Notes: a model not told the origin generated them from the sequence alone. Numbered from the stretch's first letter, positions 7,776 through 18,120 are shown. The stretch is DNA of 64,000 bases from Thermodesulfobacteriota bacterium (GCA_963675595.2 CAXXLZ010000002.1:1216001-1280000); one strand, 5' to 3'. Numbers and translations: made by a program.

Positions 7776-9275
7776 ATGACAAGGAAACACGCACGAAACC
7801 TTTTCATCCTGCTCGCCGCCTGCCTGTGGTTGTCGGCTTTTCCCACCACCGGGGCGGCCCAGGACTGGGCCACGTACGGTCTGCCGGCCAATGCGGTGCC
7901 GTTTGATCTACCCACGGTGCAGGGCACCGGAGCCGGCCCCAGTTGGTTCACCGCCGCGGACTTCTTCCCCGCGGCCTCCACGGGCACCATAGACGGGGGC
8001 ACCAACGTGGGCGTCCTGGACCTCAAGGGCCGAATCATCGCGGCCACCGGGGATCAAATCCTGCTGCAGCGCAACTACGGGTCCAGCAAGTTCGACGTGG
8101 TGGCCACCGTGCCCGGGATCATGGACCCCGCCTTTATTCACGTCTCCCCAAGCGGCACCAAGATCGCATTAGGCGCGGGTTACGGAGCGCCATTGGTCAT
8201 CATCGACCCTTCGGTCCTGAGCATCCAGAACCCGCCCCTGCTCTGGACCGGGTCCACCCCCATCAACGGCGTGACCTTGTTCCCCGAGGTGAACTTCTAT
8301 GACGCGGATTGGGTCGACGATCAGTTTATCGTAGTCAACGGAGGCCAGTATCCCTTCGGGGATCCACCGCAGTACGCCAGCGGAGCCGGCGTGGTGGACA
8401 CCGACGACCCCGACCCGCTCAATCACGAAGGTACGCGCATCATCGACAGCATACCCGGGGCCTCCGGCGACGTGGAGGTGGACCAGTACGGCAACCTGTA
8501 CACGGGCATCGGGTACGGATCCTCATCCACCACGGGGCAGATCAAGGTTTGGGACGCATCCGAGTGGGACCCCACGGACCCGATTCCCATGGCGTACACC
8601 GCCAACACCAAGGTGTTGTTTGCCGGCAACGGCCTGCTCAGCGCGGCCCAGATGGGCACGGACCGAGACGGCAACCTGCATTTGGGCGGCGGCAACTACT
8701 TTGGTTCACCCCCGGACTACGGGTACGCGGCCCTCATCAACGTGAACGTCACCAACCGGGTGTTGTTGGGCGGAGCCGCGGCGGACCCTCTGAACACCAG
8801 CGAGTTTCAGGAGTTCCAACCCGATCCCTGCCGGAACGATTCGGCCACGGACGTCATGTACAGCGACTGGGGCGTGGGCCTCGCCGTGTACTGGAACCCC
8901 CTCACCCTGCCTCCCAGCTGCGCCTCCGGGGATGAGTGGCATCCAGGAGTCATCCCCCGGGTGAACATCTATCATCCCGCCGGTGCGCCCGACGATGACG
9001 CCGACGGGGTTCCCAACGTGTCGGACAACGCCTATCAGACTCCCAATGCGGGTACGGGACAGCAGGGCGCCGACGCGGATGGGGATGGATGGGCCAACAT
9101 AGCGGATGCCGATTTCGACAACAGCGGAAGCGTGGGCATTCCCGATTCGAACTATTTCCGCAACCACATCGGTACGTCGGACCCGGACGCGGACCTGGAC
9201 AGCAACGGAACTGTGGGTGTTCCCGACTCGGGGATATTTCGAGGTTTGATCGGCAAAAACGCACCATACTATTAA
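7776..9275 (+). CDS. Secreted protein with a beta-rich (propeller-like) body, TSP3-like Ca-binding repeats and a C-terminal dockerin-like module
   Basis: ATG after AAGGAGA; signal peptide; DDDADGVPNVSDN and DADGDGWANIAD; duplicated ADFDNSGSVGIPD...F and ADLDSNGTVGVPD...F loop-helix motifs. Confidence 0.85.
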   Translation: MTRKHARNLFILLAACLWLSAFPTTGAAQDWATYGLPANAVPFDLPTVQGTGAGPSWFTAADFFPAASTGTIDGGTNVGVLDLKGRIIAATGDQILLQRNYGSSKFDVVATVPGIMDPAFIHVSPSGTKIALGAGYGAPLVIIDPSVLSIQNPPLLWTGSTPINGVTLFPEVNFYDADWVDDQFIVVNGGQYPFGDPPQYASGAGVVDTDDPDPLNHEGTRIIDSIPGASGDVEVDQYGNLYTGIGYGSSSTTGQIKVWDASEWDPTDPIPMAYTANTKVLFAGNGLLSAAQMGTDRDGNLHLGGGNYFGSPPDYGYAALINVNVTNRVLLGGAAADPLNTSEFQEFQPDPCRNDSATDVMYSDWGVGLAVYWNPLTLPPSCASGDEWHPGVIPRVNIYHPAGAPDDDADGVPNVSDNAYQTPNAGTGQQGADADGDGWANIADADFDNSGSVGIPDSNYFRNHIGTSDPDADLDSNGTVGVPDSGIFRGLIGKNAPYY

Positions 9276-9403
9276 GACGCGAAATTCCAGGATCAGCGGA
9301 CAAGACTAATCAGCTATGTGCGTCGAAGGAGTTCAGTCCCTTGCTGTGCGAACGAATGAAAGGTTCTTGAGCCGTCCAAACCCACTACTTAGGAGGATAC
9401 TTC

Positions 9404-10087
9404 GTGAAAAAGACAACATCTCTACTGACCTTTATGCTCTTCGTGGCGTTTTTTACCTGCACTCCCGTGTCGGCCCACTTCTTGTGGATGGATCCTATCG
9501 GCATCCAGGGGGCCAACGTCGGGGACCAAGTGAGCGTTTCCGTGTACCTCCACGCCGAGCAGGATGATGAACTACACGGATGGAGTGTTTCATTAGGCTT
9601 CGACGACACGTTGGTCGACGGCGGTGAACTGACCTTTCTGAGTCTTACTTACGGCGCTACCGACATGCTTTTCTCTCCCTACGACCCGAATGCCTACTAC
9701 GAAGAGGGGGCTTCTCAAAAGTATTCCGTGGAAAGCGCTATTCGGAGGATATCTAAATGGAGCCTGCTCGGATATGGCCCACATCAAGATATATCCGAAG
9801 GAGATGACTTTCTTCTCTTCACGGCCACCTTCCAGTTCAACGGGGGGGACTTCGACGGGGAAGACGTTTGGATTGAGCAGTTCCCGGAAGAGGGATGGGA
9901 TTTCGAGAATGCCGGCGCTCTTCTATCACTGGACATCTACACGGACAACACCAAGTCCCTCTTGCTGGGGGACGGGGGCCCGGATTACGGCTCCAATGTG
10001 CCCCTGCCCGCGGCCGCTTACCTGATGGGCTCGGGTCTGGTGGCTCTGGTGGGAATCAGAAGAAAAAGAAGGAAAGCGGCCCTGTAG
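9404..10087 (+). CDS. Cohesin-like domain protein with VPLPA-type PEP-CTERM anchor
   Basis: AGGAGG RBS; signal peptide; VGDQVSVSVYL...LHGWSVSLGFDD...LTF...LLFTATF; VPLPAAAYLMGSGLVALVGIRRKRRK; paralogous to the N-domain of 4402-7143. Confidence 0.88.
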   Translation: MKKTTSLLTFMLFVAFFTCTPVSAHFLWMDPIGIQGANVGDQVSVSVYLHAEQDDELHGWSVSLGFDDTLVDGGELTFLSLTYGATDMLFSPYDPNAYYEEGASQKYSVESAIRRISKWSLLGYGPHQDISEGDDFLLFTATFQFNGGDFDGEDVWIEQFPEEGWDFENAGALLSLDIYTDNTKSLLLGDGGPDYGSNVPLPAAAYLMGSGLVALVGIRRKRRKAAL

Positions 10088-10407
10088 ACGACAGGGCGCT
10101 GATAAGCCGCCGTGAGGCACGGCGACCCAACGCACTCGCTGAGGGGCCGGGGGAACGGCTTCACCTCCCACCACCCCCCAAGCCCTTCCCAACATAGGCT
10201 CACCTGATTCGTCGGCCCAAGCCGGGGCCGGCGAATCGGTTTTCCGGGGTCCGACGCAACGGCCCGCCCCGGACTTCCCGTGTACTCGCCATGCTTTGGG
10301 TCGGGTTTCGGAGAACCGGAGTCCGGGAATGGCCTTCGGGCCCTTTCACCGCGTAATCGCACACAGCCGAGGGGTAACGCACCCCCGAATTTTTCGCGAG
10401 GTATCCC

Positions 10408-10965
10408 ATGAAAAAACTCTGGATGATCGCCGTCTCTTTTCTCGTAATCGTGGTCGTGGTTGTCATGCTGACCTGGGATGCGGACCATCGCCGCGCGTCC
10501 GATAAGGAAAACGGCCCGGACATGTCCGCGGTTTCCGAGGAGGTTTCGATCCCCGAAAGCACGCAAACGAACCGGGACGATTCCGCCCCGGCCGAAGACA
10601 CTCCCTCGCTCCCTCCATCCGATTCCACGGTCACGGCACAAAAGCCCAAGCCCAAGTCGTACGAGTTCGACGAGGCGGAGTGGGAATACGCCGTAAACAA
10701 GGAGTTCGAGGCGGCGGCGTTGGAGATTTTTCCCGTGTATACCGTTCAGACGCATGATCCCAGGCATCCGGAGGAATTCGGTCCCAAGGAAGGCGAAATA
10801 TGGGTTCGCATCAAACCCGAGGCCGCCCTGACGTATCAGGACGTCATGGCCGAGACCGCCGAATTGTATCGGGAGCTGACCTATCGTCAGGGGCCCGTGA
10901 CGGTGATGCACTGGGTGGGCAATCGGCCGTACGCCAAGCTCTCGTTTTCCGGTGAATACGAGTGA
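10408..10965 (+). CDS. Hypothetical membrane-anchored protein
   Basis: GAGG RBS, N-terminal TM helix, low-complexity linker, globular C-domain. Confidence 0.75.
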   Translation: MKKLWMIAVSFLVIVVVVVMLTWDADHRRASDKENGPDMSAVSEEVSIPESTQTNRDDSAPAEDTPSLPPSDSTVTAQKPKPKSYEFDEAEWEYAVNKEFEAAALEIFPVYTVQTHDPRHPEEFGPKEGEIWVRIKPEAALTYQDVMAETAELYRELTYRQGPVTVMHWVGNRPYAKLSFSGEYE

Positions 10966-11156
10966 TGCACCGCGGATCACTCGTCTCATCACCGCCCGGA
11001 TCACCGGCCGAGAAATCTCTATCGAGGCCTTTGATCCTCGGTAGACCGGAAGGCGTCAAGACAAGACCCCGAGAACCCGATGTTCCCGCGGGTTCCTCCT
11101 TTCCAAGTCACAAAGAGGATTCGGGTGTACCCACTGAACTTAAAGGATGCCAACTC

Positions 11157-12227
11157 ATGCTGAAGCAAACCTTTCGCATTCTCGTGATTCTCTCGGTGTT
11201 CTGCGGCACCGTGTGGAACTCCCCCCTCCATGCTGAGGACAATGGCGCCGGAACGCCTGTCATGGTGTTCGACGAGGCGGCCGGCGACCCTCCGACCGTG
11301 GTTCGAGGAGAAATCGCCACGCATGTGTTCACCTTTTCCAACAAAGGCTCGGCGCCGCTGATCCTGTCGGACGTATCTCCGGGCTGCCGTTGCACCGAAA
11401 CGGCCTACGACAAAACGGTCCTCCCCGGCCGCAAGGGAAGGATCACCCTTACCATGGACACCGAGGGCTTCACCGGCCGTACCGGTCTGGACGCCGTGGT
11501 GACTTCCAACGACCCCGAAACTCCAAGCCGGAAGATCGAGGTCGCGGTCATGGTTCTCCCTCTCATCGACCTGCAACCCGACCGCGTGATCCTCTCCGGT
11601 CCGGCGGGTAAGGTTCTTGAGAAAACGCTCGTGATTCGCAGCAACATCCAAGACCCCCTCCAACTGGGGATCGACGAGGAAACCGTTCCTCCTGAAATTA
11701 CCTGTGTTCTCAGTCCGAAGGAACCCGGCAAATCGTATCTCTTGACCGTTCGGAACAAGAACGAGACACCGAACGTGTATCGCAGGACCTTTCAGATCAA
11801 GACCAATTACGCGCGCCGGCCCACCCTCAAAGTGCCCGTTTTCGGGCGCATCCTATCCGAAGTGGAAGTGACGCCCAAGTCGGTCGACTTCGGTCAAATT
11901 CGCAGGAAACGCTATGCCGCCTTGATGAAGAACCCGGATGAAGATCCCGGCCCGGCCGAGCTGTCCTCACTGAGGGAAGAACTCGCGAAGGACGTTTTCG
12001 TACGAGGGAATCTCGACCAACCATTCGAAATCGAGAGGGTGGAAATCGACCAAACCCTTTTTCATACGGAAGTCAAATCCCTGGAGCTCGGAAAGCACTA
12101 CTGGATTCGCATCACACCCTTGCCGGCGCGATTGAAATCCGGGCTTACGGAAACCCGACTGAAAATCCACACCAATCATCCTCGGTTTTCCACCATGGTT
12201 GTGCCGTTGCGAGTCATGGCGAACTAG
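11157..12227 (+). CDS. DUF1573-like Ig-fold secreted protein
   Basis: Signal peptide; HVFTFSNKGSAPLILSDVSPGCRCT...VLPG motif; repeated Ig-like units. Confidence 0.8.
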   Translation: MLKQTFRILVILSVFCGTVWNSPLHAEDNGAGTPVMVFDEAAGDPPTVVRGEIATHVFTFSNKGSAPLILSDVSPGCRCTETAYDKTVLPGRKGRITLTMDTEGFTGRTGLDAVVTSNDPETPSRKIEVAVMVLPLIDLQPDRVILSGPAGKVLEKTLVIRSNIQDPLQLGIDEETVPPEITCVLSPKEPGKSYLLTVRNKNETPNVYRRTFQIKTNYARRPTLKVPVFGRILSEVEVTPKSVDFGQIRRKRYAALMKNPDEDPGPAELSSLREELAKDVFVRGNLDQPFEIERVEIDQTLFHTEVKSLELGKHYWIRITPLPARLKSGLTETRLKIHTNHPRFSTMVVPLRVMAN

Positions 12228-12341
12228 CCTTGCCGTTAAATCGGCCAAACTCCATTCCGAAAAAATGGACCTTTCTCGTCAAGGAGGTGCGCCAAGTACA
12301 AAGTTGAAACAAGCGTCCATCGCAAAAAAAGCATAGCAAAC

Positions 12342-12404
12342 AACAAGAAAGTGCAAGTTTTGAGCAAGATAGTGCGATCATCCCTTTGAGACATCCATTA
12401 GAAT
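12342..12404 (+). promoter_or_regulatory. Tandem AraC-type boxes plus -10 (promoter D, flp/tad operon)
   Basis: AACAAGAAAGTGCAAG-TTTTG-AGCAAGATAGTGCGAT-N20-TAGAAT. Confidence 0.7.
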
Positions 12405-12482
12405 CCAGTCGCAGCGAATCGATCACACGAGATGAAACGGGGATAAAGATTCGCCTACTTAAATGTAAACAGGAGGTCGGCG

Positions 12483-12650
12483 ATGAAATTCCTCAAAAGA
12501 CTTTGGGAAGACGAATCCGGCGTAACCGCCATTGAGTACGCCTTGATCGCCTCCCTGGTGGCGATTGCGGCCATAGCGGCGCTTACCAATCTCGGTGACG
12601 CGATTACCGACAAATTCGAGAAGATTATTGAAAGCCTTCAGGGGGCGTAG
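12483..12650 (+). CDS. flp: Flp family type IVb/c pilin
   Basis: Below the ORF-track cutoff; MKFLKRLWEDESG/VTAIEYALIASLVAIAAIAALTNLG...; AGGAGG RBS; G|xxxxEY motif. Confidence 0.95.
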   Translation: MKFLKRLWEDESGVTAIEYALIASLVAIAAIAALTNLGDAITDKFEKIIESLQGA

Positions 12651-12911
12651 TCGCCGCAGTGTCGGTCTATCACGGGGATATTCCCAAACACCCCCTCGCC
12701 CCTTTTCAGAGCCAACCCCAAAAGCACCCCCTCGGGGCGATGAGCACAGGGCGGGAATGCATGTTGGTTCTCGAAACGCCCCATCGAGACTGCGCCAAGG
12801 CCCATGCCTTTCGGCCGGAGGGAGGTGCCCCCGCCTGAGAAGTGTGGAAGGGATCGAAGAATCTCCCACTCAGAGGGATTCCATGATGGCCCGAACGGAT
12901 GAATTCCGAAT

Positions 12912-13325
12912 ATGACAGCTCATCAATCCAAGTGCAGGTCGAGGAAAAGACAAAAAGGGGTTTCCTGCATCGAGTTCGCCATGGTGCTTCCCGTCTTGCT
13001 CCTCATTCTTTTCGCCATCATGGAGTACGGGTGGCTGATGGTGCATCAGATCGTTCTGATCAACGCCGTATCCACGGGCGCACGAGCGGCCATCAGGGCC
13101 AACCCCGAGGAACTCGCCCCATACACGGCGAAAGACTACACCGTGAAGGCGTTCTGGATCGGAACGCTGACCCGGGATCAGGTGCTGGCGGAGATGCCGG
13201 CCGATAATCCCAAACGGGTTTACGTGTCCGTACCCGCTTGGGACTACGAACCGATCACGCACTTCCTCCCATCGGCGCTCCTTCCAAAATCCCTGAACGC
13301 CGCGTCGGTCATGGTGTTTCCGTGA
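12912..13325 (+). CDS. tadE: TadE-like pseudopilin
   Basis: QKGVSCIEFAMVLPVLLLILFAIMEYG...AVSTGARAA. Confidence 0.9.
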   Translation: MTAHQSKCRSRKRQKGVSCIEFAMVLPVLLLILFAIMEYGWLMVHQIVLINAVSTGARAAIRANPEELAPYTAKDYTVKAFWIGTLTRDQVLAEMPADNPKRVYVSVPAWDYEPITHFLPSALLPKSLNAASVMVFP

Positions 13326-14635
13326 GTCCCCAAGGCAAGAACACATCATTGGTGAAAACGAGGGGCGTCGTCATCCTGGCCCTGGGCCTTGTTTTCGCAA
13401 TACTCGCCTACAAAGCGGTTTCACGCCTCGTCGAGAAACCTGAGTCGCCTCCGGTTCGGGCGGTGATGGCCGTGGAGTCCACGGCCGCGGGCGAACCCCT
13501 GTTTCGAAGGAAGCTCGAAGTCGTGACCCGCCCTGCCGGGGAACTCCCCGCCGGCACGTTCTCCAAAACGGAACAGGTGGCTGGGAGAATCGCGGCACGT
13601 CCCATTGAAAAGGGAACTTTCGTCACCAACGATCATCTCGTTACGGAGACCACCCTTTCACAGCAAAGCATTTCCCGACGCCTCAGCCCCGGCCGGAGAG
13701 CCTACGCATTAAAAGTGGATGAAGCTTCCGGAATATCGGGTGAACTCGTTCCCGGAGACCTGGTGGACATCATCGCCACAAGCGCCTTGTCCGGCGCCCT
13801 CGAGAGTCGGGTATCGCGCGTGGTGCTCCGGAAAATTACGGTGCTGTCCGTGCGACAGGAAAAGAAGGGAGGACTCTTTCCGGGCGGCCCGGACAAGACC
13901 GGCCGCGTGACTGCGGTCACACTGGCCGTGAACCCGGACGAGGCGAACGTACTGGCCGCATCCGAGGGAGCCGGCCTCCGCCTGGTCGCCCGTTCCCGAG
14001 CCGGGGGCGAAGGAAGCGACGAAGAATTCGTCTACTCTCCCTTAACCGGACCCAAGACCGTTTCCGAGCTGCATCGGCTGTGGCAAGAGCGGGACCTCGC
14101 GCTCAACCGGCGTATTCCTCATGGCATGCGCGCCGTTACCGTCCAAGTATCCGTCGCGGACGGCATATGCGGCCGACTGGCCTCCGGTAACAAAGTGGAT
14201 GTCATCGCCGTGACTCAGACCGGAGACCTTTCCACCGAAGGAGACGGACCTGGAGCCATGGCCACACAACTGGCAACGGCCCGGATGGCCAAGACGATTT
14301 TTCAGAACGTGGAACTCATGGCCGTGGAGGACGAGCTTGAAGGCTTGCCCGGAGCTCCGGAGGGCGATGAGCGTCTCGTGGCCCTTCTCCTCTCGCCTCG
14401 GCAGGCGGAAGGTCTCATCTCCGTGTCGCAGGACCCCGCCTACAAACTTAAAATTGTGCGGAGGAACCCTGCCGACACCGAGATCGCCGACACGCAGGGA
14501 GAAAAGATCAGGGAACTCTTCTTTGAACCCGGCGAATTGGTCTATCAAGTGGAAGTACACCGAAGAGGCGGAGTGGAGATCGAAAATTTCAAGGACCCGC
14601 GGGTTCAACAAAGTGCGCACTCCTCGGTGCGCTAG
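13322..14635 (+). CDS. cpaB: Flp pilus assembly protein CpaB/RcpC with SAF and two RcpC domains
   Basis: GTG overlapping the tadE stop; TM, SAF, PGRRAYAL..SGELVPGDLVDII and second GMRAVTV..GRLASGNKVDVI. Confidence 0.85.
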   Translation: MSPQGKNTSLVKTRGVVILALGLVFAILAYKAVSRLVEKPESPPVRAVMAVESTAAGEPLFRRKLEVVTRPAGELPAGTFSKTEQVAGRIAARPIEKGTFVTNDHLVTETTLSQQSISRRLSPGRRAYALKVDEASGISGELVPGDLVDIIATSALSGALESRVSRVVLRKITVLSVRQEKKGGLFPGGPDKTGRVTAVTLAVNPDEANVLAASEGAGLRLVARSRAGGEGSDEEFVYSPLTGPKTVSELHRLWQERDLALNRRIPHGMRAVTVQVSVADGICGRLASGNKVDVIAVTQTGDLSTEGDGPGAMATQLATARMAKTIFQNVELMAVEDELEGLPGAPEGDERLVALLLSPRQAEGLISVSQDPAYKLKIVRRNPADTEIADTQGEKIRELFFEPGELVYQVEVHRRGGVEIENFKDPRVQQSAHSSVR

Positions 14636-14748
14636 TAAGCGGAGGCTGCATGATACACCCCGAACCCGTCTCCCTGTACCGAAATGAGCCCGCCCATCAT
14701 CTCATGACGTCCCGTAACCGGCCTTTTTCAACGGACTAAGGTGCGCAT

Positions 14749-16128
14749 TTGATCTCCAAACGGAACATCCTCGTATTCTTCGTCCCGGCTGCGTTGTTGG
14801 CTTTCCTGATTGCGGGATTGGTGTCTTCGCGCCTCCACAAGCCCGCCGTCGAGAAGACACGGGTCGTGGTGGCCAAGGCGCCTCTCCTCAGAGGACAAGT
14901 TCTGACGCCTGAGAAGCTCGAGTTGATCGAATGGCCCGACCCAAGCCCCCCGGACGGATACTTTGGAAACGTGGAAACCCTTACCGGAAGAATTGCGGCC
15001 GACTCCATCAGCGCGAAAGACCCGATCCTGGAATCCGTTCTCATCCATACAAAGCCCGAATCCGAGTGGGGCCTCTCCGAGAAAATCCCCGAGGGGTACA
15101 TGGCCTTCACCTTGGCTGTGGACGAAGTGTCCGGCCTGCCCGGAAGCATCGTTCCGGGGGATGTGGTCGACGTGATCGCCACGAATCCGCTTCCGAACGA
15201 CAAGAGTCAACGAATCGCCAGGTTGCTCCTCCAAAAGGTCCGGGTCTATTCGGTTTCCGGTCACAGAGACGGCAGGATCAGGGCCGTGACTCTCATCGTG
15301 CGGCCAAGTGAGGCCAACATCTTGTCGGCGTCCGACGGCGCCACGCTCAGGCTGGTCGCTCGAAGCCGGGAGACGGATAGAAAAAAATCGAGTGACGATG
15401 TGGTGTTCTCCTCCGGAGTCGGAGCCCATACCCCCGCGGACATCGGCTCCCTCAAAAAGGAGAGGGATCGAATTTACCAGGAAAGCATTCGCGAGGGGCT
15501 TCGGGCCCTAACCATTTCCGTAAACGGCCTGGACGGTATCTGCGGTTTCTTGAAACAGGGAAACCGGGTGGACGTTGTGGGAGTTCATTCTTTCGTCTCA
15601 ACCACGCCCTATCAAGGCACGGACGCACCGGGACAAAAGGTCGTCATCGCGGGGGAGCCGACCTACGCCAAGATATTGCTTCAAGACATGGAAGTGCTCG
15701 CCGTGGCCGATGATGCGGAAACATCCGACAGGGTCGAGGACGTGGCGGCCAAACATCTTGAGTCGGCTAAACCCGGGGCAAACGGCTGCGAGGGCCCGGA
15801 TTGTCTCGACGCCGCAGGGGATCGGGAGAAGGCCTCCCCCGCGGGCGACGGCTCCGCCTCAAGGTCCGCCAAACGGGTAACCCTCCTCGCCGACCCGGCA
15901 CAAGCCGAACAACTGGCCCTCCTTTCGGATTCCTCGTCGTCCAGGCTCACCGCCGGGAATTCCGGAATAAGACTCATCATTAGGAATTATAACGACCGGG
16001 AAATCGTAAAAACCCGCGGGGGATCCAGCAAAGAGACGGTCTACGGCGTTGAGGAGGAACGCTACCGCTACGTAACGGTATTCAGGGGCGCCGCCAAATC
16101 AACACGGCAGTTTCCCATTGCCGACTGA
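14749..16128 (+). CDS. cpaB: Second CpaB/RcpC with SAF and two RcpC domains
   Basis: VVVAKAPLLRG SAF; EGYMAFTL..PGDVVDVI and EGLRALTI..GFLKQGNRVDVV. Confidence 0.85.
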   Translation: MISKRNILVFFVPAALLAFLIAGLVSSRLHKPAVEKTRVVVAKAPLLRGQVLTPEKLELIEWPDPSPPDGYFGNVETLTGRIAADSISAKDPILESVLIHTKPESEWGLSEKIPEGYMAFTLAVDEVSGLPGSIVPGDVVDVIATNPLPNDKSQRIARLLLQKVRVYSVSGHRDGRIRAVTLIVRPSEANILSASDGATLRLVARSRETDRKKSSDDVVFSSGVGAHTPADIGSLKKERDRIYQESIREGLRALTISVNGLDGICGFLKQGNRVDVVGVHSFVSTTPYQGTDAPGQKVVIAGEPTYAKILLQDMEVLAVADDAETSDRVEDVAAKHLESAKPGANGCEGPDCLDAAGDREKASPAGDGSASRSAKRVTLLADPAQAEQLALLSDSSSSRLTAGNSGIRLIIRNYNDREIVKTRGGSSKETVYGVEEERYRYVTVFRGAAKSTRQFPIAD

Positions 16129-16270
16129 GGTGCTTCCAGCGGATCGGAGTACCACGGGCAATGAGGTTCCCTAAGGTCGAGCAATGGGTTTGCGGCTGAA
16201 ACGCAAGAGGAAAGGCTTCCACGGAAATGAGGGCCGTGACGCTCGTCACGGTCAGGCGGACAGGAAAGCT

Positions 16271-16663
16271 ATGAACATCATGATTCGGATCAGACTAGGT
16301 GCGGCGATTCTACTTCTCACGGCGGGGCTCGGGTATTCTCCGGTCCACAGCGAAACACCCGTCGGAAACTTCAGCCAAGGGAACATCCACGAAGTGGTCG
16401 TACCTCGCTTCGGAGCCCACTTGATCCAGACCCGACAACCGGTGAAGCGGGTCTCGGTGGCGGAACCGACCATCGCGGATGTGAAGGTCATCAGTCCCTT
16501 CGATCTGCTCATAGAAGGGCGAGGACAGGGGATCACCACGTGCGTCGTCTGGTACAAGACCGAGGGGGGAGAAATCTACCGGGTGAAGGTGAATCGAGGG
16601 GCCGAAGTGGAGACCCTGTTGGGAACGGAGCTCTCTCAGGATAAGTCGTTATGGGGATGGTAA
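16271..16663 (+). CDS. Stand-alone pilus-formation (secretin N-terminal) domain protein
   Basis: Signal peptide; PVKRVSVAEPTIADV...LLIEGRGQGITTCVVW. Confidence 0.8.
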   Translation: MNIMIRIRLGAAILLLTAGLGYSPVHSETPVGNFSQGNIHEVVVPRFGAHLIQTRQPVKRVSVAEPTIADVKVISPFDLLIEGRGQGITTCVVWYKTEGGEIYRVKVNRGAEVETLLGTELSQDKSLWGW

Positions 16664-18120
16664 TCGGAATGATGAAGGATCGTCGAGTCAAGTGTGCGCT
16701 GTTCCTGGTCTTGTGCTTTTGCATCACGGGATTCTCACCTCGAGTGTCGGCGGACGAGAAACTGGTGCCTTCCCGAAAACTCCGGCTGAGCCTGGGCACG
16801 TCTTTTGTTCTTGAGGTCGAGAGGAAGACCAAAAGAATCAGTGTGGGCGATCCCGAAATCATGGACATCAGAGCCATCACCCCGAAACAGATATTGTTGA
16901 ACGCGAAAGCGTTGGGGTCCACGAATCTCATCGTTTGGTTCCTCAACGGCGGCACCCGCGTGTATGCCCTGGAGGTCACGCTCGATCATGATGAGATTCT
17001 GAGTAATCTGAAAAAACTGGCGCCCGACGCGGACATTTCATTGTACACATTGAACCAGGAACTGGTCGTGAGCGGTTTCGTGGACGATCAGGATACCTTG
17101 GATCGGCTTCTCACCGTACTAGGCGCCTACACGCCTCTTACTTCCGGCAAGCTGCGAAATCTCATCAAGCTCAGGGGACCGCAACAGGTGCAGTTGGAGG
17201 CGAGAATCGCGGAAGTCTCCACCAGCGGCATCAAACGGCTGGGGCTCGGATTTCTTTTGGACAGGAGCGTGTTCGGCGAACACATGAATCTGGGCCTGTT
17301 CACATCCGGGACGACAAGCGGAACCATGTCCGGAGTCTCTTCCGGCGGTGAATCGGCGTCCGCCCTTTCGCACACGTCCGAGCTCTACTCACCCTTTGCC
17401 GATGCGTTCATGCTTGCTTTGGGATTGCCGGACCAAGGCATTTTCTCCATCCTGAACATCCTGAAAAGCCAGGGGCTCGCGCGCATTTTGGCCAGGCCCA
17501 CCTTGGTGGCCATGAGCGGGCAGCCGGCGAGCTTTCTCGTGGGAGGTGAATTCCCCGTGCCGGTGACGCAGTCCGGCGGGGGCGACGCCATAACCACCGA
17601 TTTCAAGGAATTCGGTGTACTGCTCAATTTCATCCCCACGGTCATCGGTAAGGAGACCATCAGCTTACAGGTCTCCACCAGTGTGAGCGACATCGACTTC
17701 TCCACGGCGGTATCCACTTCCGGAGTCTCCGTACCCGGAGTCGTGCAAAGAGGAGCGAACACTTCCGTACAACTTAAGGACGGACAGACTCTTGCCATTG
17801 CCGGTCTCTTGAGGGAAAACCTGTCTTCTTCCCACTCCAAGTTCCCCTTTCTCGGCGATATTCCTCTGTTGGGCACGCTGTTCAGTCAAAAAGAGTACCG
17901 AAAGGAAGAGACGGAACTCATCATCCTGGTGACGCCACGTTTGGTGAAGCCGCTGAACCCGGAAGATTTGCCCGCGGAACCTGAAGGGATGGGGCAACCC
18001 TATCCGAGCGATCTTGAATTCTTTCTCCTGGGAAAAGTCGACGGCACCCATTTTCATGCCCACGGCGCGGCCGACCGAGAAGAGCCCGGTTTTGCCGGAC
18101 CGGTGGGGTTCGTCAGATGA
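16651..18120 (+). CDS. cpaC: Tad secretin CpaC/RcpA
   Basis: RISVGDPEIMD N-domain, BON-like region, QVQLEARIAEV, ILARPTLVAMSGQPASFLVGGEFP, PFLGDIPLLGTLF..ETELIILVTP; start may be at 16669. Confidence 0.95.
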   Translation: MGMVIGMMKDRRVKCALFLVLCFCITGFSPRVSADEKLVPSRKLRLSLGTSFVLEVERKTKRISVGDPEIMDIRAITPKQILLNAKALGSTNLIVWFLNGGTRVYALEVTLDHDEILSNLKKLAPDADISLYTLNQELVVSGFVDDQDTLDRLLTVLGAYTPLTSGKLRNLIKLRGPQQVQLEARIAEVSTSGIKRLGLGFLLDRSVFGEHMNLGLFTSGTTSGTMSGVSSGGESASALSHTSELYSPFADAFMLALGLPDQGIFSILNILKSQGLARILARPTLVAMSGQPASFLVGGEFPVPVTQSGGGDAITTDFKEFGVLLNFIPTVIGKETISLQVSTSVSDIDFSTAVSTSGVSVPGVVQRGANTSVQLKDGQTLAIAGLLRENLSSSHSKFPFLGDIPLLGTLFSQKEYRKEETELIILVTPRLVKPLNPEDLPAEPEGMGQPYPSDLEFFLLGKVDGTHFHAHGAADREEPGFAGPVGFVR

